A model generated the notes under the pieces. It was not told where the DNA came from and searched no databases. It saw nothing but the letters and a program-made list of their open reading frames with translations. DNA of 63,357 nt, counting the filler, from Folioceros fuciformis (Eukaryota): assembly GCA_049999805.1 (NCBI GenBank). It is 14 parts of 14 records of this genome, joined end to end, with 100 filler letters (N's around TTAATTAATTAA, not from the genome) between each part and the next. Parts side by side here need not be neighbours in the genome. Positions count along the whole stretch, not along the records: positions 42,113 to 57,396 come from JBNGIO010006534.1; positions 57,497 to 63,357 come from JBNGIO010006535.1; 12 more parts are not named here. One strand, 5' to 3'. Every line of letters begins with the position of its first letter. The first letter of the stretch is position 1. Position numbers and translations under genes: made by a program. This document shows, piece after piece, positions 53,435 through 63,357 of this stretch.

Positions 53435-56400
53435 TCAGGACCTGGCACAAGGGGACAACGGAGGATCCGGAGGGCAGTGAGCCCGATACAAACCAAACGG
53501 ATTCTCCAGCGTCACGTCCTCGTGTGATCTTGAGTTAACCCGGCTTCGGGTAGACATAACCGGGGGTCGAGCAGGAGCCCGAGGTGGCTTCTTCTTCACA
53601 TCCCCCGACTTCTTGGACACAGGTAGAAATGGTTCCCTGCATCGTAGGATCGCCACAGCTGTGACGAAGCCTTGCACAGAGGAAATAGGATGTTGGAAGC
53701 TAACAGAAAACAAGCCATCGTGCTCCTGCTGAGATAAGTGCATAGCTGCTTGCATCTCCTTTCCCTGCACACCACAGAGGTGCGTTTCAGCAACACTGAT
53801 TACTGCATATCTTCATAGACTTCACTTTTGCAAACAGGACGTCCACACGACACGGAAGACACTTACCAGAGGAAATATTCTGCACGACTGCTGTTGCGAA
53901 TCCCCAAAGAGCGGGTCCATCGAGGGGGCCTGGCTTTCAAGGACTTTCAGCCCGCACCCTTCATCCCAGTTCCCGCAATCGCACTTCCCTCCCGACTTCC
54001 ATCGTTGGAGGAGTGGCTGGGGACCGCAGGCTCCTGCAGAGCTGAAACCGTGCCTCCCAGCAGGGAGAACCAGAGTGACCTCCAGCCTTCCTGCACTGAT
54101 CTTCCCATGTTCGCTGATGTTGTCCTCCATCTTCTGCAAGTCGCAAAGCTTCCTCCTGTGACCCCTTTCCGACCCAGAACACGAGCTGGAATTGCTCCGG
54201 CTCTTTTGGAGAGTGGCTTCAGGGGCGTCAGACCCACACGCAGAGCAGTGTCCACAATCGCTGCCGCCATCGCTGTCTGGAGGAGAGCCGGTAGTACACC
54301 CCAGGCTCTCATCTGCTGTCACGCTTGCGCTCCTCGCTGGTCGGATGGAACGCCTTTTCAAGAAATTCAGTCCCCACCCAGTTTTCTCACCTGGCGCCAA
54401 ATTCGCACCCTGCAAGAAGGCCAAATCCTTTTCCACAGGGGTTCTGATCAGCACTGCAGCCAGCTCCGTTTGGAACTGAGAAGCAATAGAGGTTCGCGTA
54501 TTGAGCTCCGAGTCATCTGTTCCTTCTGAGTCACTCCAAAAATCCTGGAACGATTTCCGGGCCCTGTTTTCCAGCAGCTTTCCAGGACTGCTTCGATACA
54601 TGCTCTTCCCCACATGCCACGGAAACTTGTCCGGACCACCAGCTTCTTTGGGCTTGCTCACCAAGTATGGAGAGGCCCAGTACCTCTCTGGCATGCTGTA
54701 AGAGACATACCGAGATGAGCCGTCCAAAAGGTCCGCGGAGGGGGACCCCAAGATGGAGGAGCTTGCTGGGCTGAAATACGCGGAACTTGCAGGAGACTTG
54801 TCACCCTGCAGCCATGGGGTCCTTCCAGGCGTTCGATCCCGAGGACCACCGCCACTACCAACTAGTTTTGCACTGCTGGGGAAAGAAGTCAGAGCAATAG
54901 CTTCCGGATCCAGGACGTCCAGGAACACGCACTCCGACTCCACATAATATTTCACGTCTCCAGCAACGCTAAGCTCGTCACATAGCGTGCTTGACACCCT
55001 CAGCTTTCCTACAAACTCGCACACAGGTTTATCCTTCTTGCCCCAGCTTCTCCATCCACTTTTCCTAGTGGCCTTGCCTTTCCAACGGTAGATGGAGAAG
55101 AGCTGATCAGTGCTGCCATCTGCAGGCACAGTTCTACATGTCTTCGCCACAAACATCTCTTCTGTGTCGAGCATCACCAGTGAGTAACTTGGGAGACCGT
55201 CTCTGTAAACACACTGTAGCTGACCAGCACAAGGGCCTCCCTCAAATGCAATCAGGCTGCCCGGAGAACGTGAAACAAAGCTATGCACTCTCTGAGATAG
55301 TGAGTGGGCCGACTTGACAGAAATCGATGAGAACTTGGGAGCAGGAAGACAGCTAGGAGTCTTCAGCGCTGGAACCAGAGCTCTGCATACCGCCTCGTCA
55401 CTAGAAGAGGAGCTGAAGGTCTTGGAGATCCTCCTTGGCAACCCAGGGCTCGCTGCTCGGTACAAGGACGCTAACGATCCTTTCCTCTTGAGGGAGGCCC
55501 TCATCCTCGACCCCTTGAGAGGGTCACAGACTTCCCTCTCGGAGTCTGTGACTGATTCCGGAGACGTCTTGACAGGGACCTGTGTCGCCGCTCCATAGAC
55601 AGACGCCCAAGAAGCAAGAATAGAAGCTCTCGACTCCTTAACAGGATCCATCCAGCTTCTAATAGGACTCGAGGAAGCCCTTCCACATTGCTGTGGGATC
55701 TCTGTCTTCGGACCTCTCAAACCTGTGTGCATGGAGTCATGGATGGCATGGGAGAGCTTGGAGTCCTTGAAGGAGCTGTAAAAGTTCCTCTTGGCAGGAC
55801 TGGGTGTAGCAGTCCGCAACGATGGGCTGGAGCTGGTGCGAAGCACAGGTGCTGACGATACTCTCTCACCTGTCCCTGCTCTGGACCCTGGACTTCCATA
55901 GCTCCTGGCAGACAGAGGGCTCGGGCTTCTCCTGCCACCAGCAGAGCTTGCATTAAATCTCTTGCTCTCACCTTGGCCAGCCACTTTCGAGGCAGGCGAC
56001 GAGGCTCCACTAGTCAGAGGACTCTCCGTAGCCTTATGAGGACTAGGAAGCCTTTTGCCAAGAAGAGAGCGACCTCCTCGTGGACTACTGGGTGGACGTG
56101 ATGTTGTCACATTCTTGACCGGAAGGCCTTTCCGTGCTGCTCGAGGAGGCTTGCCGAAGTGGCTAGGAACTAAGGCATGAGCAGGCCTTCCCTGAGAAGA
56201 CGGTAAACTAAAATCTTCAGCCTTGTTACTCCCAAACCTGCACTTGTCGGAAACACATGGATCTGAATCATAGCGGGATACATCCCACTCCTCATCGTGG
56301 CCGTTCAGAGAACCGCTGACATCACCATCAAACGAACTGAAGTAGAAGCGCTGTTCCGGAGAGCAGAAGACGCTTTCGGGAGACCTGGTGGTGGCTGAAA

Positions 56401-57394
56401 AGAAGACAGAAAGAGGAGTCGCAAAACCGCTGGCTGCAGCCTCTGAATCATCCCCAGCCTTGCTCAGCTCGAGGTTCCTGTAGCTGGGAAGAGACTGCAA
56501 CTTCATCCCACCGCCTGGCCCTGCCATCTGCCTTCCAATGCACACGTCCATCTCCTCGCTCCTGATCCCTGGACACTCGAACGTGTTGTCGTCCCCGACA
56601 GCGCCCAGCACCGCACGGTCTTGGCTCTCCACCATCCTCCCCTCTCGAAAGTCGAATTCCAAGAAACTGACATCCTCCGGGCCCTTGAGCAGAGTGGGCA
56701 GCTTCAAGTCCAGCGGCCCGAGAGAGTCACCGGCCACTGACACCTTGTGCAAGGCTTGGTGGTAGGACTGCGGGATGCTGGGCGGCGGGAGGGAGATGAC
56801 AGCCATGGGTAGCCTCTGGGCATGAGTAGGGATGACACTGGCAGGAGAGATGTCTCCCTTGACGCCATAGCTGCTGGCCTCGCTCCTCGACGAGAAGGAA
56901 GACGTGGAGTCGAGCGTGGAAAACAAGGACGAGGAGCATTCACTAGCGGAAGGCGAATGCGATATTCTTGGCCCGTCCGATGGCTTGTTATCATCCTTGC
57001 GCACCTTCCTGTCTGTACCCGCAGCCCACCTGTCTGCCAGAAGATCCCAATCCTCTGCCTCAAACCGAAGCGCTCGATCCTGGAAGCTCTCCTCATTACT
57101 CTCACTCGACCGCTTCTCCTCAGAGCATCCCATCCCGTCCATCAGACTCGCCCCAACCCTGCAGGATTCATCCTCAACCCCCCCAAAGGTTTCGTCCTGC
57201 ACAGCCGCATCTCCACCTTCGCGGAGCTCCTGCTTCGAGCTCTTCCTGCCACTGGCATGAATCTCCGACAGACCGCCCTGCCCCGCAGGAGGAGGAGAGC
57301 AAGAACTGCCTCCCTGACTGCTGCAATGCTCAAAGATTCCATTGCCGAGCTCTCCCCCGTCACCCCCCTGTACCGCAATAGGCGAAGTGTCTTT
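53435..57394 (-). CDS. DUF3527-domain protein, 5' truncated (frame open to the linker), one large exon plus a terminal exon
   Basis: G.LQC...DGLP.Y, FVGKL.VS, ELAAV, VTLVLPAG.HG, GP.PLLQRWKSGGKCDCGNWD.GC.L.VL. Last exon (53435-53764) G.FSVSF...IS..Q.F..AVA.L ending PPLSP..R. Confidence 0.88.
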
Positions 57395-58456
57395 ACNNNN
57401 NNNNNNNNNNNNNNNNNNNNNNNNNNNNNNNNNNNNNNNNTTAATTAATTAANNNNNNNNNNNNNNNNNNNNNNNNNNNNNNNNNNNNNNNNNNNNTCCA
57501 TCAGAGACATCGACAACTTTCCAAACATCGAGTACACTAAGCCCAGATATCGAGTGTTCGCCAAGAAATCAGACATAGTGGATTCCACACTTCGATCATG
57601 TGCTCGTAAGTTCACAAAGCCTCAACTCAAAGCTCACGGATGCAATATTGAGTCGCATGTCGTTCCGAGTTTTTAGTTTGGGCTAGGTTAATCGTCGTCC
57701 AGTGGATGACTCTCGGCCAGAATTGTTGAAGAGCATATCGTTGGGACTGCTGTGACGTCCAGAAGCTTCCCCTTCCTTTATTCCTTGGACTGTTGGCTGG
57801 AACTGCTGGCTGTTGAGTGTAGAAGTGTGTGTGAAAAAGAAAGATTGAGTGTAGAAGTGTGTGTGAAGACGAAGATTGAAGACGTGTGTGAGGAGAATGT
57901 GTGAGTGAGCTGAGAAGAGAAGGAGAGAAGGGCGGCCAAGCACTTAACGCTATGCGAGGTGTGAGGCAAGAGAGGAGAAGTATGGCTGATCACTGAACGC
58001 GGTGCGAGGTGAGAGGCAGGAGATTGAGATTGAGGAAAAGAACTAACTGCAATTAACTAAAGAGGATTATTGAGAGATTGAGGAAGATTGTGAAAGATTG
58101 CGGGAGATTGCTGCAAGATTTATGGGCGTTTGTGGGAGATTTTTGAAGATTGCTGGAGATTGGGGAAAATTGCTAAGGGATTGCTGGAGATTTGTGGACA
58201 TTGCTAGAAGATTGGAGACATTTGGAATTAGCTTCGTGAGAAACGAGTGTGAACCAAAGCTCTTGTGTGTGTTTGCATGTGGAGAGTCTTGCATGTGTGG
58301 CTGATTCACGGGGTGTTGTTTCCCAAGGATTGGCATTTGCATATGTGGAGGGCATCCAATAAGGCCAAATCTACGAGTCTGGAAGCCCTTGAGGCAAAAA
58401 CCCTTGGTGGTGCGTGCGCCGGAAAAAATATTAGTTAGAATTTTGGGCGGGTCCCA

Positions 58457-60218
58457 CCATGGCTGTGGAAACAAACTACCGGTCGTAGAAACAGTGACCG
58501 CGGTCATGGAGTGGGAACCGGAGTCGTAGAGTAGGGTCCACGATAGCTGGGCTAACTAGGGATAGCAATAGTTGAGCTGGTGAGAAGTAGGAGCGGTAGT
58601 AGGTGAGTCTTCACTTAGGTAAGGGTCAGTAGTGATAGAAGTTAGCATTCCTTGACACAAATCATTCCCTTGGGAACAAATCATACGACTACAACGACAT
58701 AGAGGATGAATGTGGACCTCACGGTGTCTCTAGACACAAGATTTCACTCCACAATAGGGTACCAACGAGAGGATTTGGTGATGACACTAGTAGTGCAAGC
58801 AGGAAGTGGAGCACCAGATCTCGGGAGAAGAAGCCTAGTGAATTTGGAGGAAGTCTGGGAAGCACACGCTACAAGCCGAGGTAATGACACTTCTTTGGGA
58901 GTGTGGGGCAACATCATACGATGTAGCCAACAGCTACAAAACATCAATTGGGGAGAGGCCCGTGCAATGATTGCAGACCTATTACAGGAGAACATAAATC
59001 GGGTTGGAAACCGGGTACGACTGGAATCGAAAGTGCAAGAATTGAAGAAGGAGCGAGGATAGTATCTCCTTAAGGATGGCGAGCAAAGGCAAGAATTGGA
59101 GAAGTTGACGTAGCAAGTGACCATGTTGCAAACTTCCCAACAAGGTTTATCACATGAGATCATTGCATGTCGAAGAGACCTTGCCTAGTCTAAGGAAACT
59201 AGGAAGGTGGTGGAGGAACAGCTACGGGAACAAGTCTACCTTGCAAAGGATTTACAAGGCAAGCAAGATGAGTTGGAGATACTGAATGCTAAAGTGGACG
59301 AGGAACTCCAGCAACACCTTGAAGTAGGGCAACAAGAGCCAATGGGGAGGGAATAATTGGCCATATAATTAGAAGACCTTCGGCAGGAGAAAGCACGACA
59401 AGGAGCTGAGCACCAAGTCAAGATTCACAAGATGCTGGTGGTTCGAGCTCGTAGGTTTTGTGCTGATTATGCCTATGTGACGGGGTGCATGACCAAGCTT
59501 CATGCATCTCATCAAGAAAACCTTGATCTACAGTTGAAGGTAGGGGCAATGGAGGCTGAACGCGATATCTACAAGAGTAGATGCGAGGGTGGGAATTGGG
59601 TTGTTGACATGGATACCATGGATCTAGCTCAACAACATAGCAACCTCCACCTACACCAACGTCTTCTCGCTCATCACAAGGAAGTGGCAACATTGGCAAG
59701 GCGAAGGTATCTTGGGCCACATGATGACGACCGTGAGGCCCTGGAGGCAGTACCCCTACCAACATACTTTCAAGAGGACAACAGTATGGACCTAGAGAGG
59801 TCGCAATGGGAACTTGAGGAGCTGCCCTAGGCTAAGAAGAGCACGCGACAAGGGGGACGTACTCCCCTAGGCAACCCACCTACGAGAGAAGGGGTAGGGA
59901 ACCTACCTACGAGAGAAGAGGTAGGGAACTATGGAGTGAAATGTTGTGTCCGGGGACACCGTGAGGTCCACACTTACCGTCTATGTCGTTGTAGCCATGG
60001 GATTCGCTCCCAAGGGAATGATTTGTGCCAAGTAACGTGGGCTCCTACTAGTATTGACTCTTGCCTATGTCAGGTCTCATCCACTACCGTTTTTGCTACC
60101 TATTAGCTTCCTACCATTGCCCCCAGTTAGCCCAGCTACCCCAGACCCCGTTTGACCACCATGGTTCCTACTCCGCAACCATAGTTTAGGGCTCTTCTAC
60201 CGGTAGTCAACCCCATGG
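58457..60218. mobile_element. Diverged ~290-bp inverted repeat arms enclosing a decayed coiled-coil ORF
   Basis: 58457-58751 aligns with the reverse complement of 59932-60218 (e.g. CACAAATCATTCCC.TTGGGA, TACAACGACATAGA, TGTGGACCTCACGGTGTC, TAGCTGGGCTAACT). The interior + strand frame 58706-59830 is broken by stops. Confidence 0.7.
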
Positions 60219-60228
60219 CCTAATCAGC

Positions 60229-60420
60229 GCCTAGTGTTGAAGATGTGATCCTGACCCCAACTTGCAACGCCTAGTGCTAAAGATGTGATCGTGACCCCAA
60301 CTTGCAGCACCTAGCTATGAAGATGTGATTGCGACCCAAGTTGCAATGCCTAGCTTTGAGGATGTGATCGTAACCCAAGCTGTAGTGCCTAGATTTGAAG
60401 ATGTGATTGTGAGCCAAACT
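60229..60420. repeat. 39-40-bp tandem repeat, about 5 copies
   Basis: gcctag....gaagatgtgat..tgaccc.aa.ttgca units. Confidence 0.85.
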
Positions 60421-60499
60421 TCAGCTGGCAACTCAAGCTCCACATGAGTTGCAGGTGAGAAATATGAAGAAAGGGGAGGAGGGAGACAAACACAAAGTC

Positions 60500-61740
60500 A
60501 CGACTATTGGGGTTCATACTCTCATTTGACCAATCTTGCTATCTCATATATTGGCACACACAGATACCACAAACTAGAATCGTTGCAAGAGTATTGGGCA
60601 AATCCCAAGTTTAACTCACATTACTCTCAAATTTAGCTTACATTGCTTACTCACAAAGCTTACTACTTACACACATAGTAATAGGTAGGCTATGCATGCA
60701 TACATACATACATACATAGCCTTCACGCTAAACAATGCTACAATAGGGAAGAACCTTATCCCGATTGCTATCTAACTTTAAGATATATAAACTAGATTCT
60801 ACTATAGATGTATTGCATAAATCCTTTGGATTTCTAACACTCCCACTCAATACAAATTAATTCTAGTATTCCCTCTTAATAAATACAAGTTATGTGAGTC
60901 CAATCTTGAGAGTATAGTTCTTGAGCTTCTCTTTCTTTAGTAAGAGGTTTCATAAGAGCATATGCTTGTCATCTCAGAGGTACTACAAAATTCAAGTATT
61001 GTTTTCTTATCTCCATGCTTCTCCCTAATGAAATGATGACGAATCTTTACTTCTCGCATGAAATATTACATTTTTAGCAAGATAAATAACACTTTGGCTA
61101 TCGCTAGAAATAATAGTAGGTCCAACTTGTTCTTGATGAATGTCTTTCAATAACTCTCGCAACCATAAGGCTTCCTTGGTTGCTTCTGTTGCAACTACGT
61201 ACTCCGCTTCCATAGATTACAACACCATTGTAGGTTATCGTTTACTTTGCAATGAAATTGCACCACCATTATACAGTATGTAAACAAATATCCAGTTGTT
61301 CGTGTATTCGAGTCTCCACCTCAATCAACAAATGTGAATCCCTCAAGCTTCATCAAACTTTTCGAACTTCCTCCGTACCTTAATTTCAAATTGCTTTTGT
61401 CCCTTGTAAATATTGTAACATTCTTTTTGCAGCAATCCAATGTCGTTCTTTAGGATTCTCTAAATATTGACTCAAAGCTCCCATTGAAGCACAAATGTTA
61501 GGCTTAGTAGATAGCATCAAATACATGATGAAGCCAACTAGACAACTAGTTGATAGTAAGGGACTCCTTTCATGTAATGTTTCTCCTCATGTGTCATGAG
61601 ATACATCTCCTTGGATAAATTCTCGGTAAAGTAGGGACAATTGGTATGGTCACATGCTTACAATGCATAAGCCCAAACTTCTTGAGTAAGTTAAATACAT
61701 ATCTATCCTATTCTAGATAAATCTCCTTCTTTTTCCTTGT
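60500..61740 (-). mobile_element. Old Ty1/copia remnant (RT end, RNase H, PPT and probable 3' LTR)
   Basis: MEAEYVVATEATKEALWL, DSQS.IYLAKN..FHARSK. Minus-strand PPT TGAGTGGGAG directly followed by TGTTAGA at 60839. Outer boundaries are approximate. Confidence 0.8.
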
Positions 61741-62589
61741 GACATGTGGCATTATAATAGAGAGCTTGTAATTGGGGGCAAATGAGATATTTTTATATCG
61801 CTTTACCCTATCAAAGACATTATCCAGCAATGTATAAGGTTCCTCCGTTTGCTAAAGATATTGAAACAGGAGTATAAATATCCATCATGTTAGTGCCCAC
61901 CAAAATGCCTCTTCAAAGTATAAAGATGAGAAATTACTCTTTAAGTACAGTATTTCTTTCTAGTTGTTGTTATCCTTGGTCAATAAAAAAAAAAAAATCA
62001 AAATCTTGAGTTAGTTAAAATAACTCAAGATTTAGTTAAGAGATGCTTCTCCATTGCCAATGAGCTACTTAGCCCCAATAATACACGTATTATATTAGAA
62101 TTTAATTCTATATATCTATATATATAAAAACCATCATCGAACAAAGTTTTCATGTTATGGAAACTTTCGGGGGTGCGAAGTGTATATATGTGTATGCGTA
62201 TTCCTCTTGAACTACGCGATGATTCAGGGTTTTGTTGATGATTTAGGGTTTTGTTTTCATTCTCCAGCAGAGACGTCTCTATCGGAGAGTTGGAGCTGGA
62301 ATTCGAGGTGGGCTTTGAGTTTTTTTTTTCAGTGGTCTCAAGTATATTGGGAACTAGAATTGGGCCTTGACGCGTGCAGAGGTTCTGGTTTTTGTGGTTA
62401 GAGGTAGAGCTAGGCCTCGGGGTGTAGAGAAAATCGGTTTTTCTTATCCAATGTAGCTACAGCTAGAACTAGAGCTGGGCTTAGAGACGCACAACCCTTC
62501 TGCTGAAGGGTAGAAGTGAGGCCCGGTTTCTGGCAGACACATGCAGTTGGTGGTGAGAGACCTGGGGAGTAACAGCCGGCCAAAACTGG

Positions 62590-63357
62590 ATGTCAAGGAA
62601 GGCCAGCACACGTGTCGAGCAAGAGGAGAAGAAAGAAGTATCACAGCCCAAAGGATCCAAGAACAAGCTGCCCAGAAACAGGAAGGCAGGTCCTGGGCTT
62701 CTCATGGCATCTAAGGACGAGGCTGCACAGGTAGGGGTAGGGGATGTTGCCCACCATGGTTTGAGTTTGGAGCATCCCTTTGCTAAAGCTGAATTCGAAA
62801 TCGAGAATGCCCCGCTTGCTGAGAGTACCGGTCCCAAGAAGCACGGGAAAAAGAGGAGGATGAATGAAGACATGCAGGATGATGGCGCTTTGCATCGCCA
62901 GATTAGACGAAGGGGTGTAGAAGCACCTGGCAATGATAACGAATGCGTAGTGGACCTTGTTGAACATGTTCGGGCAGAGAATGAAGTTGTTTTCAGAGCG
63001 TTGTGTGGAGACGAGAATATGTGGGATTGCAAACAAAGTTACATTAGGACTGGTGGCCAAGTTGTTTTCAGAGCGTTGTGTGGAGACGAGAATATGTCGG
63101 ATTGCAAACAAAGTCACATTAGGACTGGTGGCAACTGGGAGCTGATTGATATGGAGATGGGTGATTCTGAGCCCAAAACACGGCATATGGACAGGGGACC
63201 GGGTTCTTCGTCTTTTGTTGCAGAGCAGGCGAGTTTGAAGTTGTGTGAAGGTGGTGGTGAGCGGGATGTGATCCCCGGTGTCTCGGAAGGCACAGGTCTA
63301 AAAGGAGATGCTGCAGCTTCGGCTAGTCTGATGAATGAAAAAGCCGCAGGTCCTGCC
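62590..63357 (+). CDS. Unknown hydrophilic protein, ORF open to the window end (256 codons visible)
   Basis: MSRKASTRVEQEEKKEVSQPKGSKNKLPRNRK...PKKHGKKRR... has no stop through 63357. It contains an in-frame 75-bp duplication and is absent from the ORF track because no stop is visible. Confidence 0.55.
   Translation, partial: MSRKASTRVEQEEKKEVSQPKGSKNKLPRNRKAGPGLLMASKDEAAQVGVGDVAHHGLSLEHPFAKAEFEIENAPLAESTGPKKHGKKRRMNEDMQDDGALHRQIRRRGVEAPGNDNECVVDLVEHVRAENEVVFRALCGDENMWDCKQSYIRTGGQVVFRALCGDENMSDCKQSHIRTGGNWELIDMEMGDSEPKTRHMDRGPGSSSFVAEQASLKLCEGGGERDVIPGVSEGTGLKGDAAASASLMNEKAAGPA

Overview
This is eukaryotic land-plant nuclear DNA. It is gene-dense with short (~70-150 bp) GT-AG introns, which looks hornwort/bryophyte-like, though the taxon is inference. 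It is not one continuous locus: 14 pieces are joined by 13 identical artificial 100-bp linkers (N44-TTAATTAATTAA-N44, stops in all six frames), plus one plain 100-N gap, so adjacency across linkers cannot be trusted. Genes found: an intronless divergent CLP1, FTSH11, PLAA/DOA1 (3'-truncated), a DUF579 methyltransferase, an EamA transporter (partial), a short SYP5-type SNARE, a GH17 glucanase (partial), an ING-like fragment with no PHD finger, RBMX2/IST3 (partial), a GT4 glycosyltransferase, an OVATE protein, plastid RPL15, a secreted PQQ/PVA-dehydrogenase-like beta-propeller, an APS reductase with an unusual CPYS thioredoxin motif, a DUF3527 protein, and an unknown ORF running off the end. Also present: fused sucrose-phosphatase and PPR pseudogenes, three copia remnants, a pogo-like element whose TIR has become a minisatellite, and a ~290-bp-arm inverted-repeat element. 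I found no CRISPR, tRNA or rRNA, and no convincing novel multi-gene system. The best leads are gene-level oddities.
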